The position numbers and the translations under genes were made by a program. Shown one piece after another: positions 52,007-61,832 of a stretch of 64,000 bases of DNA. Position 1 is the stretch's first letter. Each line of letters opens with the position of its first letter. The notes beneath the pieces were generated by a model. That model did not search any database and was not told the DNA's origin. It saw only the letters and a program-made list of their open reading frames with translations. This DNA comes from a virus, in IMG/VR virus record IMGVR_UViG_3300023283_000146, positions 1-64,000 of that record; one strand, written 5' to 3'.

Positions 52007-55000
52007 CGAATGCCGAGCTCCTGTTGAAACAACCGCCGGTTTCTTCGAACAACATTGATCACAGCTTCTGTGCCACCACGGGTGTTGATTGCATCAGTGA
52101 CCTCTTCCTCACTACTGACATTCACAACTGTCACCTGGGCCGGCGGAGCAGTCACACTCACTTGGGGAGGAGCCTGCTGCCCACCAGCGGCTGTTCCTGC
52201 CGCAAATGCGGCCGTCGGGGCCGCTGGAATGACCTGGCCCGAGGTAGCCGGGTTGAAGATCTCCGGCCCCTCTTCTCCCACAAGGAGGGGCTGGTCGGGC
52301 GGGAAGTTACCACCAGCCTGGGCCGCCTGCACTCCTAGGGCTGCGCTCAGCAAACCACCCCCAGTCGTACCAGCACCAAACAAGCTGAGCAGGATTTGTC
52401 GTGAAAGCAGCCGAGCTACATCAGCGAGCAGGCTATCCACAAAGGCTGAGAAGTCTGCTTCACCTGTCGTCAGGAAACTTGTAAGCTGATCTTCAGCATT
52501 CTGGAAGGCGTTGACGACAGTTTGATCAGCTAAGGTAGAAAGATCTTCAAGGTTCTTCTGGGCTTTCAACAGCCCACTCTCAAGCCCAGAGCCGATCGTG
52601 TTGCTCAGCTCTGCCGTCGCGATCCTGTTGTCTCGCAACGCTGCGTTGTACTCTTCAACAGTGATCTTGCCTTGACGCAACAGATCATTGAGTGTTTGTT
52701 GTTGGTTGATGAGATCTTGGCGAGGACCACGGATTTCATCCAACAACCTCGCTTGATCTGCCAGGCGCTGTAGTCGTTCAAGCTCGCTCTGAACCAACTG
52801 CAGAGCTTGTTGATTCTCTTGCGTGGTGAGGTCGATACCTTCTTCTTCCAAATCATTGATGATCCGCAAGAGTTCAGCACGAACTTCCCGTTCGCGATTA
52901 CCCAACTGCAACAGGTCAGCTTCCTGGGCCAGTTGGGCCAACACTTCATTGAAGGCGGTCAAGTCTTGTGCCTCTGCTCCAACGGCGCCTTCACCACCCA
53001 CACCTGCAGCTGCTGCAGCTTGACGCTCCTCAGCAAGGGCTTCAGCATCAGCCAAGAGCCCCTCTACAAAGTCACGGGCAGGTGTCTGGTCCAGTGCTGA
53101 GAACAGGCCATCAAGCAATGAGTTGCCGAGCCGTTCACCAGCCCCAGTGAACGGGTTCTCAAGTCGGCCGAACAGGTTTTCTTCGCTCAGGTCAGCAAAG
53201 TTGTCCGCAACCCGTTCAGGTACCCCAGTAAAGGCATCAGCCACCTGAGCTCGGAAGTTGGCTTGTGCTTCATCTGCAATCTGCAGAGCAGCTTGCTGCC
53301 CACCTAGAGAAAGTGCCAACCGCGCAGCCGCCTGTAACTCGTTGAAAAATCGGAATGCGGCTGATCCGATTTGTTGTAAGCCTTGAATGAAAGCTTGAAT
53401 GAGCGCACGGATTGAGTTGATCCCATTTTCAACAGCCTGAATCAACCCGTTGACTGCATTGATCGCTACTTCCCCAATGACATTTGGCAGACCACCAAAG
53501 AGGGTTGTGATTGTAGTGAACAAGCCAGTGAACAGGATAACAACATTGTCAGTAACATCAGCTACCGTTAGTAGAATACCACGGATGCTAACTTCAATGT
53601 CAGGGAAGACTCGTTGCGCCGCAGCGAGAATATCATCAAAAATAGGTGCAAAGAAGTTGACAAAAGTTGCTGCTAGGTTTTGCAACCGCTCAAACACCAC
53701 CACGCCTAGATCACCTAACGTGGCTAGGCTGTCTTCCGAAAGCTGAATCTCATCACGGAAAACGACCAGTGGCGTGATCACAGCCGCGAGACCAACCACC
53801 AGAGCCCCAACAGGATTAGCAGCAATCACCGCACCTAGCCCACGAACAGCCACAATCGATCGTTGCAGCGTGCGACGGAACAAGTTTGCTTCGATGTTAG
53901 CTGCTCGCGTGGTTGAAGCTAACTGTGTTTGTGCTGCAGCGAGCGCTTGTGTCTGTCGGGTATGCTGCGCTTGAAGAGCAGTGAGTTGTCCCTCAATCGC
54001 CCGTTGTGCAAAGAAAGCTTCATTCGTATTCGTTACCGCCAACGCCCGCATACGTTCAGCCGCAACCTGGCTGATGGTGCTGCGCGTTTTAGCAATATCT
54101 GACTGAATAGAAGCAACCTGCGCAGCCGCTTGTTGTCGTTGAGCCTCAGCCGATCCAAGAACAACTACATTCCCCGCACGAACTGCCGCACGGAACTGCA
54201 AAAAGGCTTGCGCTGCATTGAATGCGTTCTGTGCTACTGGTGCTAGACGAAGCGCAGCAAATACCGTGCCCGCAGTAATGAGAACGCGAACAACTTCTCC
54301 CAGATTCAGCGCTAGCTCTCGTAGGGCTGTGGCCAGCCCACGAGTGATACCAGCACCCTCATTGAACTCGCCCAGAAGCACTTGAGCAGAGTTGCGAAGA
54401 ATCTGGAACGACTGCTGAAGAGTAGGGATTGTGCGCTGAAAGCGTTGGTCCAGCTCTTCCCGTGCATTTTGGAAAGCTGAGATGATAATCTCAGAAGTAA
54501 TCTCACCCTCAGCGCCCAGCTCGCGCAACTGGCCTCGAGTCACACCGAGCTCTTGCGCAATGACATCAGCAACAACTGGCAACTGCTCAAGGACCGCACG
54601 AAGCTCATCACCGCGAAGTGAGCCAGAAGCTAGACCTTGTGATAGCTGAATCAGCGCAGCGTTAGCTTCTTTTGCAGAAGCACCGCTGATCAGAATCGCT
54701 TGATTGATTGATTGTGTGAAACCAACCAACTCTTGTTGGGTTGTTCCTAGCTCACGCGCATTGATAGCTAGTCGCGCGAACAACTCAACCGTGCTTTCAA
54801 AAGAAGCTCGAGTGCGCTGTGAAACACCAAGCAAACGTTCAGTGACATTGGTCAACTCAGCTTGACCATCTGTCACAACCCGCAGCCGGTTTTGCAGATT
54901 CGTAAATGAGTCTGCCAGGTTCGTAACCTGCCGAACAGCCAACGCAATCGCCCCGAACGCGAACGCGCGACGAATCTGTGTCCGAAGACGATCCGCCGCG

Positions 55001-55092
55001 CGTTCAACACCCTGCAACTCTCGACGCACAGTACGACTGCCACGCCGAGCGTTAGCCGGGTCAACGACTACATTGATTCGGAAGTCAGCCAC
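52003..55092 (-). CDS. tail tape measure protein
   Basis: 1029 aa, Ala/Gln/Leu-rich and helical. GASAKEANAALIQLSQGLASGSLRGDELRAVLEQLP matches the TMP core region. Preceded by the G/GT chaperone pair. Confidence 0.9.
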   Translation of the reverse strand: MADFRINVVVDPANARRGSRTVRRELQGVERAADRLRTQIRRAFAFGAIALAVRQVTNLADSFTNLQNRLRVVTDGQAELTNVTERLLGVSQRTRASFESTVELFARLAINARELGTTQQELVGFTQSINQAILISGASAKEANAALIQLSQGLASGSLRGDELRAVLEQLPVVADVIAQELGVTRGQLRELGAEGEITSEIIISAFQNAREELDQRFQRTIPTLQQSFQILRNSAQVLLGEFNEGAGITRGLATALRELALNLGEVVRVLITAGTVFAALRLAPVAQNAFNAAQAFLQFRAAVRAGNVVVLGSAEAQRQQAAAQVASIQSDIAKTRSTISQVAAERMRALAVTNTNEAFFAQRAIEGQLTALQAQHTRQTQALAAAQTQLASTTRAANIEANLFRRTLQRSIVAVRGLGAVIAANPVGALVVGLAAVITPLVVFRDEIQLSEDSLATLGDLGVVVFERLQNLAATFVNFFAPIFDDILAAAQRVFPDIEVSIRGILLTVADVTDNVVILFTGLFTTITTLFGGLPNVIGEVAINAVNGLIQAVENGINSIRALIQAFIQGLQQIGSAAFRFFNELQAAARLALSLGGQQAALQIADEAQANFRAQVADAFTGVPERVADNFADLSEENLFGRLENPFTGAGERLGNSLLDGLFSALDQTPARDFVEGLLADAEALAEERQAAAAAGVGGEGAVGAEAQDLTAFNEVLAQLAQEADLLQLGNREREVRAELLRIINDLEEEGIDLTTQENQQALQLVQSELERLQRLADQARLLDEIRGPRQDLINQQQTLNDLLRQGKITVEEYNAALRDNRIATAELSNTIGSGLESGLLKAQKNLEDLSTLADQTVVNAFQNAEDQLTSFLTTGEADFSAFVDSLLADVARLLSRQILLSLFGAGTTGGGLLSAALGVQAAQAGGNFPPDQPLLVGEEGPEIFNPATSGQVIPAAPTAAFAAGTAAGGQQAPPQVSVTAPPAQVTVVNVSSEEEVTDAINTRGGTEAVINVVRRNRRLFQQELGIR

Positions 55093-55866
55093 TTCTCGAG
55101 CTCTTTTTCGACTGCTCCTTGGTCCACTCCATGAATCCTTCGTCCATGGACCGCATGATCCGCTTGAAGGCTCTCATCATAGGCTTAGTGAAGTCATGGC
55201 GGATAGCCCACTCTTCGATGTCTAGCCAATGAATCGGCCCTGGGGTCATGCCAAGCTGCCGTCCTGAGCTCAGATCAGTGCATCCTTCATAGTAGAGCTC
55301 CTCTCCTGGGAGGAGGTCAGGTTCGTCAAAAAACCAGGAAGGTGGCTTGCGGCCCTTTGCTAGCCCCGACTCAATCGACCAACCATCGCGCTGGTATCGG
55401 AGCTCCCACAAGAGCCGCTTCTTCAGTTTCCCGCAGTATCCTCGATGTCGTCTTCATCGATATCGTCTGAAGCAACCCACGTTCCCGGGTCTGCACACCA
55501 GGTGCGCAGACGATCGAAAAGCCAGCCCGGAAGAGCTCGCAGGAAAGCTTCAGCATCTTCCGGGGAAAAAGGTACCTCATTCCCTCCGGCATCCCGCACA
55601 CGCCACTGGCCCGTCAGCACATGCTTCGGGTACAGCTCCAGGTCCTCTGCCCTGTTCTCCTGGAGCATCTTCGCCGTCATCTGCCCACGGCGGGCGGCCC
55701 GGGCCATCTTGCGCGAGCGGCTCAACAGCGCGTTGTAGTAGCTCTTGTTCTCTTCAGTAGCCGGGAAACACTCCAGGGCTGGCTTCCCCTCGACCTCATG
55801 GAACGTGAACCACGCTCGTTGACCGGCCTTGACCTCGTACGCTTTCAGATAGCTGAAATCCGACAT
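55085..55866 (-). CDS. tail assembly chaperone frameshift product (GT-like), -1 shift at 55426-55432
   Basis: The downstream ORF (track 55085..55411) is in the -1 frame relative to G and is open from just upstream of the heptamer. Predicted junction ...DTAG-KLKKRLLWELRY... Confidence 0.65.
55423..55866 (-). CDS. tail assembly chaperone (G-like)
   Basis: 147 aa between the major tail and tape measure genes. Acidic C-terminus. Slippery heptamer just before its stop. Confidence 0.75.
   Translation of the reverse strand: MSDFSYLKAYEVKAGQRAWFTFHEVEGKPALECFPATEENKSYYNALLSRSRKMARAARRGQMTAKMLQENRAEDLELYPKHVLTGQWRVRDAGGNEVPFSPEDAEAFLRALPGWLFDRLRTWCADPGTWVASDDIDEDDIEDTAGN
55426..55432 (-). promoter_or_regulatory. 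-1 programmed frameshift slippery heptamer G GGA AAC
   Basis: Plus strand gtttccc is GGGAAAC on the coding strand, in X XXY YYZ phase with the G frame and immediately 5' of the TGA stop. Confidence 0.7.
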
Positions 55867-55940
55867 TGCTTTCCCTTTGTAGACATGACGCGGGCCTCGT
55901 TGTCTAACGAGGCCCGCGCATTGTCTCAGATCAGTAGTCC

Positions 55941-57461
55941 CTAGGCAGGCAGAACCGGGAACAAACTGACGCTAGCAGAATAGCCGAGGGTGGGGTCTTC
56001 ATGCGTTTCGCCCGTCAGGTTCAGCAACACAGTTTCATTGACAGGAAAGTCCTTCCCACCACCACCCAGAGTTAGCGCAGGAACATCCATCATGAACCCA
56101 CCATCATCGTTCTTGAGACCCCAGTCCATAGTCACAGTCGTGTTGTTGCGGAGCGCAGCTGCAACATCCGAGTCAGTGAACAGGATTTGTGCCTCAATAT
56201 CAAACAAGATGTTGCCGATGTTCATGAACACCGCGCCCAGGGTTGCAAGAGCTTTCTCCGCACTTGCCTGGTTATTGATCGTGATCGTGGCGGTCTTGAA
56301 ATCCGTCGTCAGGCCGGTCTCGTCAACTTCTGTGATGCGAAGCCGGAGGAAGTCAGCTGACGTGTTGAAGGCGTCAGTCTCATTGGGCTCTACCGGCGTG
56401 CTGGCGTTGGTGGCGCGAGTGGTCGTAGGCGGGTCAGTATCGGTACCAACAAAGCCTGGGGTCACCGTTGCCTTGTCTTGCCCAGGCAGGTTGAACGCGA
56501 GCTGGTTGTTGAAGTTTCCTTCCGCATACTCGTACTCATCACCCGTTCCGTCAGGGTTCTGCAGATTGGGCAGAGCAAGTTCGAACTGTTCCGACTCTTC
56601 TAGGAAGTCAGAGTCGTCAACATCTACGTCATGAACAAAGCGGCCAAAGAGCAGATCAATGCTCTTGCCAGAACCTGTCTGGTCTGCCGCTGCGTCCTTC
56701 AGCGGACCCTTGACTTTGTCCAAGACCAACGAGTTGGCAGAGATCGAAGAGATGCGACCAAACGCCGTTCCGTTGGAGAACTGATTCGCTGTCGCCGTGC
56801 CACCGATGTGAATGAACTGGCCAACAGTCAGGCTCAGAGTTGTGAAGTCCAACGTGGTGCTTCCAACCGTGTTGGTTGCATCCGTCCAGGTGAGATCACT
56901 TGAGGTACCACGAACCCCAGCAACTTCCAGCTTTGCGTTCCCGGCTGCTGTTGGACTTTCAGCAGTCAGGGTTGAATCAACAAGAGTGGCAGTTGTAGTG
57001 GAACTAGCCTGCACTTCATGCAGACCGTTATTGGCAGAGTTAGAGAACCCTCGCGTATAGACGAGTGTTCCACTAGCTAAGGCAGCACTGAGGGCATCAT
57101 GGGTGAAACCATCATCACCTGTGGTTTCAGGGTCTTTGGCTGCGACAAGGGTGTCATTGACAGAGTCAATAGCAGCAGGGCCCTTGTAGCTAGAGAAGAA
57201 GAACTTCGGCAGGAAGAGTTTCAAGAACTCCATTGTCAGATCATGACCGAACTCGACCGAAGAGTCAAGATCGGTGGTGGTGCCTTTCTGACGACGCCGG
57301 TTCTTACTAATGGGGTTCCGAGCAACCTTGCTGAGCTCAGCCCCATAGTTATTGATCTCGTTGGGCTCAAGCAGATACCAGGTGGGAGAGCCAGGCAGAG
57401 TGCCCAGGCTCGCCTCGGTGGCAACCGCGAGTGAGGTGAAGTTAGTCCGTACGCGGGCCAT
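55941..57461 (-). CDS. major tail protein (positional call)
   Basis: Track ORF 55941..57512 trimmed to the ATG at 57461, which overlaps the upstream stop by 1 nt (MARVRTNF...). Lies between a terminator-like gene and the chaperones. Confidence 0.6.
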   Translation of the reverse strand: MARVRTNFTSLAVATEASLGTLPGSPTWYLLEPNEINNYGAELSKVARNPISKNRRRQKGTTTDLDSSVEFGHDLTMEFLKLFLPKFFFSSYKGPAAIDSVNDTLVAAKDPETTGDDGFTHDALSAALASGTLVYTRGFSNSANNGLHEVQASSTTTATLVDSTLTAESPTAAGNAKLEVAGVRGTSSDLTWTDATNTVGSTTLDFTTLSLTVGQFIHIGGTATANQFSNGTAFGRISSISANSLVLDKVKGPLKDAAADQTGSGKSIDLLFGRFVHDVDVDDSDFLEESEQFELALPNLQNPDGTGDEYEYAEGNFNNQLAFNLPGQDKATVTPGFVGTDTDPPTTTRATNASTPVEPNETDAFNTSADFLRLRITEVDETGLTTDFKTATITINNQASAEKALATLGAVFMNIGNILFDIEAQILFTDSDVAAALRNNTTVTMDWGLKNDDGGFMMDVPALTLGGGGKDFPVNETVLLNLTGETHEDPTLGYSASVSLFPVLPA

Positions 57462-57865
57462 TACAGAGTCTCCTCGTAGTTGAACGGTGCTTCCATGAGA
57501 TACTGGAACCAACGTCCTGTCGGTCCAGTTGCGCGAATGTCCACGGCAGCAAAGTCCAGACCATCAAACTGGGTGCCGCGAAAAATGCCAGCAGCTACTT
57601 GCGCATGTGTGCGTGCTGAAGCAATACCCGCATTTTCTGGGGCGTAGATTTGCAAGAAAACAATCGCAGCCCTCCGAAACCGACGGTTGCCTGGCTGACC
57701 AAGTGTTTCCTGCGCCTCTTCTACATCCCGAACTGAAAGCCTAACCCACTCTGCATCACCTTGAGCGTTGAAAGCTTCGTTCTCAAACACAACTGGGGTG
57801 CGATCTCCCCAGTTGGTTGTGAACCGAGAGTAGACTGACTCAGCAGCTTCCAAAAAAGTCACCAT
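57461..57865 (-). CDS. tail terminator-like protein (DUF4128-like)
   Basis: 134 aa. Position and general pattern (…AIVFLQIYAP…RWFQYLMEAPFNYE). Confidence 0.5.
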   Translation of the reverse strand: MVTFLEAAESVYSRFTTNWGDRTPVVFENEAFNAQGDAEWVRLSVRDVEEAQETLGQPGNRRFRRAAIVFLQIYAPENAGIASARTHAQVAAGIFRGTQFDGLDFAAVDIRATGPTGRWFQYLMEAPFNYEETL

Positions 57866-58275
57866 CAGTCAGCCGGCCTCAACTTCCGTTCCGCATTCCT
57901 CACTGCTTTAGCTAGTCCGATTTGAACGTAGCCTGCAGGAGCTTGTGTTGAACTCCCCTCATTCAGCAGCAGGATGTAAGGCACATTGTTCGTGATAAAG
58001 ACCCTCCCCCGTTCAACACGATACTGGGTTGCAACTTCAGCAACCCCTCCTTGTTGAACACTTAGGTCTAATGTGCCTCGCTCAGCAAGCTCACGAGTGC
58101 CTGCTGTGTTTGCAAATGGCTGACCAATCTGAGGAACCCAGTTGGCCCGTGCCCAGCCGGTATCGCGCGGAGTCTCTTCAATCAGGATCGCTGTGGCTTC
58201 CAACGTCACGACTTTCATGGCTCGCTCGACAGTTACATCGAGCCCACCAACAATCAAGTCGATCTGGTCAACCAC
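57865..58275 (-). CDS. HK97 gp10-family head-tail/tail-completion protein
   Basis: 136 aa. TPRDTGWARANW and NNVPYILLLNEGSS match the gp10-family pattern as I recall it. Confidence 0.65.
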   Translation of the reverse strand: MVDQIDLIVGGLDVTVERAMKVVTLEATAILIEETPRDTGWARANWVPQIGQPFANTAGTRELAERGTLDLSVQQGGVAEVATQYRVERGRVFITNNVPYILLLNEGSSTQAPAGYVQIGLAKAVRNAERKLRPAD

Positions 58276-58284
58276 AGTCCCACC

Positions 58285-58566
58285 TCAACTGGTCTTCTGC
58301 TGTTTCTGCTGTTTCCGTTGTTTCCGGTTCGGTTGTCTCTGTGCCAAGGGCAGGCGGTGTTGCTCGTTGTTTCGCTCCGGGTCATCAGGGTTGAGCATGA
58401 CCGAACGATTGTCCCACATTTGACGTAACCGACGGTCCGAACAGACCACCCCACTGTTTCCAGGGAAAGGTTCGCCCGCCGCGAACTTCACCCCATTGAA
58501 GGTGAAGTCACGACGAGCAACCAACGGAGCAGTTGCATCAAAGGGCTGGGTGTCACGCAATCGCAT
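58285..58566 (-). CDS. hypothetical protein (93 aa) with a basic Gln/Lys-rich tail
   Basis: Track ORF 58285..58830 trimmed to ATG 58566, just after the capsid stop at 58571. The longer form would overlap the capsid gene by 260 nt. Confidence 0.5.
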   Translation of the reverse strand: MRLRDTQPFDATAPLVARRDFTFNGVKFAAGEPFPGNSGVVCSDRRLRQMWDNRSVMLNPDDPERNNEQHRLPLAQRQPNRKQRKQQKQQKTS

Positions 58567-58570
58567 GGCA

Positions 58571-59560
58571 TCAGGCGACAATGGTGTCCCAGAAGAAGCC
58601 CATGTCCGCCGAAACGAGCTTCTGATCGAAGGCCATTTCGATCTCCACCCGATCAGAGGAGCGACTCTCCATGCGGAATCGCTTGATGCGCTGGCCATTG
58701 GCCGCCGCACCAAGGTAGCCTGCCCACGAGAAGGTGTAGCCACCCGTCGGAACCATGATGCCCGGGTTCGGTGCAGCGTACACCAGCAGCGCCCTCTTAC
58801 CACCAATGAACTGGTGAGCGTTCGTGGCACCTTCAGCAGCCGTGTTCTCGATCGCCTTCATGATCAAGATTTCATCGACCTCGAAGAGTGCAGCGAGAGC
58901 ATTCACCGTGATCATGGCCGGCGAGCCCACCGTCTGGCCGTACTTCACACGATCAACGATGTCCGGGTGGTTCTTCAGAGCATCGAAGACCTCTTGGCCA
59001 AGCACAAGCTTGTTCGGCTCAAAGCCCGTGATACCAAGCACATCCGTCTTGGCAGCCGTGACATCTTCAATCGGAGTCGAGTTGTCATCGCTCCATTGCA
59101 GAACCTCGTTTGTGCTCGGCGAAGAAGCAACTCCGTCGTAGTCAAACGTCCAGATGCTGTCAGCAAAATACTTGCTGACCCACAGTTTCTCACGCTTGAT
59201 CAGCGCTTTGTGGCTGACCAGCTCCGTGGCCTCACGGTCAGGCCGTAGGACAGAGTCAGCATTGGCTCGACGCTGATCCGAGATGTCGTGGTGGTAGGCA
59301 TACACCGGCGCGAAGTAGTTCGGGGTGTTGTCTACCTCAAAGCCCGAGCCCGCACTTTCTGCATTCTCAGCACGGACTTCCATCTCATCACGGTTGAAGA
59401 ACCCGCGATCGTAGGTGTAGTAGCGATCCGACTGCATCTGCACCGGAATGTTCGGAAACACCCGGTCCGCGATGAAGTTACGGGCCTGCTGCAAAAAGGC
59501 AATGCTGATGTTCGTCAGTGGTTGATTGACATGAACATCGCCCGGCGTCGGTTGCGACAT
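58571..59560 (-). CDS. major capsid protein (lambda gpE-like family)
   Basis: 329 aa. Preceded by a DUF2190-type gene and a scaffold. General similarity to E-type capsid proteins recognised by eye. Confidence 0.8.
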   Translation of the reverse strand: MSQPTPGDVHVNQPLTNISIAFLQQARNFIADRVFPNIPVQMQSDRYYTYDRGFFNRDEMEVRAENAESAGSGFEVDNTPNYFAPVYAYHHDISDQRRANADSVLRPDREATELVSHKALIKREKLWVSKYFADSIWTFDYDGVASSPSTNEVLQWSDDNSTPIEDVTAAKTDVLGITGFEPNKLVLGQEVFDALKNHPDIVDRVKYGQTVGSPAMITVNALAALFEVDEILIMKAIENTAAEGATNAHQFIGGKRALLVYAAPNPGIMVPTGGYTFSWAGYLGAAANGQRIKRFRMESRSSDRVEIEMAFDQKLVSADMGFFWDTIVA

Positions 59561-59585
59561 TGTTGTAGCTCCTTGTGTTTGGAGA

Positions 59586-59957
59586 TCAGGCGAGAATGTG
59601 CTTGCTAACGAGAATCACTTCAATGACCTCGCCGCTGGCCCCGCCCGTGAGAGCCTTGGCCACTACGTGGTCACCGGAAGCAGCGGTGATGGCCTGACCG
59701 CTAGCGTCAGATTGCACTTTGTCACCAGCCGAGACACTACCTCCGGCAGTAACTTTGGTGATGCCGCCGATCACAAACTCCGTCGCCCGACCTTGAGCGT
59801 CAGGCTTGTTTGCAATCACGCCATCTGCATCCCCGCCAGCGGAACTCACCACAGCGACTTGGCCATTGGAGTCAATGACCCCAAACAGAAACTGCGAAGA
59901 GCTGAGATCGCCAGATGCTTCGATCGTGACGATATGCTGATTTTGCTTGAGCGCCAT
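59586..59957 (-). CDS. DUF2190-type head decoration/cement protein
   Basis: 123 aa. Gly/Ala/Val-rich beta pattern (GVIANKPDAQGRATEFVIGGITKVTAGGSVSAGDKV). Confidence 0.65.
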   Translation of the reverse strand: MALKQNQHIVTIEASGDLSSSQFLFGVIDSNGQVAVVSSAGGDADGVIANKPDAQGRATEFVIGGITKVTAGGSVSAGDKVQSDASGQAITAASGDHVVAKALTGGASGEVIEVILVSKHILA

Positions 59958-59988
59958 TGATGTGACCTCTTAGTTAGGGTTCGTTGAA

Positions 59989-61278
59989 TCAGGCAACACC
60001 AAGCACACGCTCATACGCAGCCGTACCCTCAGGAGTGTTCAGCACATCTGCACGAGCTTGCACTAGGTCCACCTTGTTCTCTTCAGAGTAGCGCTTCGCG
60101 AGCTTCTCAAGCTCCTCGTTCGGATCGCCACCCTCACCGGCCATCGAAGCCTTTTGCCCAGCCTTTCGGAAGGCCGGGCCGGCCAGGTTGTTCGCAGACT
60201 TCAGAACTTCCGTGACCTTGTCACGCAGGCCCTCGTCCTGGATGCCTTCAACAGCCTTGAAGAGCGCTACCTTGGCTTCGTGCTCACCAGCAATGTGGCT
60301 GAGCTCACTGCCAGCTCGCTTGCTCAGGCGATCATGTTCACGCGCCGCCTTCTCCAGCTGAGCTTCCTTGGTGGCCGCATCCAGCCGCTTGGCCAAGGCA
60401 ACCACCTGCGGATCCGCACTCTTACGGTATTCAATACCGTCTGCAGACTTGTAAATCACAGGGTCCTCATCCGCCTGCTTGTTCAGCGCTTCTTTACGCT
60501 GCTCAGCAGACAGCTTCAGAAACTGCGACTGCTCACCCTCAGATAGCTTACTGAAGTGAGCCTTCTCAGCATCAGTAAGGGCACCGAAAGCCTCCGACCG
60601 CTCAAGCCGCTTCTGCAGGTCGCCCAACTGCTTTTGAACGTCCCCACTGGGCGTGTCTTGGTTCTGATTCTTTTTATCAGACATTCCACTTTCTCCGTTG
60701 ATGTCCCGCTTCTCTGCGCGGAATCGACTGTTTGCGACCGCTAGCCGTTGGTCGCGATCAGGGAACTCACGCTTAGCCGTTTCGTTTGACATGAAACGTG
60801 AGACGAAGCCATTGCGATCCTCATTTTCGCGAGGCTTAGGCAACACCTTCGCAAAACTTTGTTCAGCGCTTTGTACCGGCGGTGATTTGAGAGCCCGCTT
60901 CATGATCACTTGGTGGGTGTGACCAGAAGCAGCGCCGACAGTAACTGAGCCATCATCATTCATCACCCAACTGTGGCGGTGCCCTATTTCTTCGCCTTCC
61001 GCCACATCCCAGGTGCTCATGCCGGCACGGTCAGCGAGATCAATCAGGTGGCTGTGTCCATCAACATCTGTCAATAGACGCGGCATCATGAAGCTCTCGT
61101 CCAGCCCCATGCTCTTACCTACACCCTCTTCCTCTTCTTCGCCATACTTGCCACCACCCCCCTCTCCAGTATCCCGCTTCATCAGCACTGCATAAGCGCC
61201 ACCTTGTGCACCCTTATCAACACTGCTGATCTCATCAATCTTCAGGCCATGGAGAATGCGCCGTTTACGAGCCATCAC
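59989..61278 (-). CDS. scaffold-like protein (429 aa) with three GHxH motifs and a long coiled-coil C-terminus
   Basis: ORF track. EISSVDKGAQGGA near the N-terminus; GHSH, GHRH, GHTH; Lys/Glu/Ala-rich helical C-terminal half. Sits between protease-like and capsid genes. Confidence 0.6.
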   Translation of the reverse strand: MMARKRRILHGLKIDEISSVDKGAQGGAYAVLMKRDTGEGGGGKYGEEEEEGVGKSMGLDESFMMPRLLTDVDGHSHLIDLADRAGMSTWDVAEGEEIGHRHSWVMNDDGSVTVGAASGHTHQVIMKRALKSPPVQSAEQSFAKVLPKPRENEDRNGFVSRFMSNETAKREFPDRDQRLAVANSRFRAEKRDINGESGMSDKKNQNQDTPSGDVQKQLGDLQKRLERSEAFGALTDAEKAHFSKLSEGEQSQFLKLSAEQRKEALNKQADEDPVIYKSADGIEYRKSADPQVVALAKRLDAATKEAQLEKAAREHDRLSKRAGSELSHIAGEHEAKVALFKAVEGIQDEGLRDKVTEVLKSANNLAGPAFRKAGQKASMAGEGGDPNEELEKLAKRYSEENKVDLVQARADVLNTPEGTAAYERVLGVA

Positions 61279-61832
61279 TCAACCTCCTCAGTTTTCGAGG
61301 GAATACGACATCCGCCAATGCTGAACATGCGGTATTCCCCCTGCTTGAACTTTTCAAGAGATTCAGTGTCGGGCTTGACAGCAATCATCAGGCCTGTGCG
61401 GTCTGTCTGGATGTTGAAAGCTTTCGCAACTTCTTTCGTTAGTGGCCAGGTGAAGACAACCGGCCCACGAACCTCCCCTTCGTGCATCGACTTATTGGCC
61501 CGTGAATGCTCACAAAAATCAGCTGCTGCTTCAAGCATGGCCTTTTCTGTGATGTGATCACCTTGGGTGTCGAAATACGGTTCACCGTTTTCTTCACAGA
61601 CCAGGGCCCAACCAAACACAAGTCCGAGGTCTTGATCGACCTTTAGGATCTTGGTCTCGACTTGGAAATCGTCATTCACCGGAGGTTCAGTTGTGGGGGA
61701 CTTCTGATTTCGAGACAAGGAAGAAGCTCGCTTCTGTGACGCGACTTTCTGTTTGCGGGCCTTCCGCTTCGTCTTCTTTCTCTGTGCCACGGGTGTTGAT
61801 CGAATCGAATGCTCACGAGGATAGCGAATCAC
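61275..61832 (-). CDS. XkdF-like putative prohead serine protease
   Basis: 185 aa. LGLVFGWALVCEENGEPYFDTQGDHITEKAMLEAAADF...SMHEG matches the XkdF pattern as I recall it. Confidence 0.55.
   Translation of the reverse strand: MIRYPREHSIRSTPVAQRKKTKRKARKQKVASQKRASSLSRNQKSPTTEPPVNDDFQVETKILKVDQDLGLVFGWALVCEENGEPYFDTQGDHITEKAMLEAAADFCEHSRANKSMHEGEVRGPVVFTWPLTKEVAKAFNIQTDRTGLMIAVKPDTESLEKFKQGEYRMFSIGGCRIPSKTEEVE

Noticed and set aside
55085-55411. Independent 108-aa gene starting at TTG 55411.
   Set aside because: A TTG start with no initiation signal. The frame is -1 relative to the upstream chaperone and is reached through a canonical GGGAAAC heptamer, so it is better read as the T part of a G/GT fusion.
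58285-58830. Full 181-aa form of this ORF.
   Set aside because: It would overlap the major capsid gene by 260 nt in another frame. It was trimmed to the ATG at 58566, which follows the capsid stop.
58496-59248. 250-aa plus-strand ORF. Similar long antisense ORFs occur at 16821..17609(-), 42507..43148(+), 55990..56634(+) and 52055..52489(+).
   Set aside because: Each lies entirely antisense to a gene with recognisable motifs (capsid, DUF5131, SNF2, tail, tape measure). They have Arg/Ser/Pro-rich shadow-frame composition.
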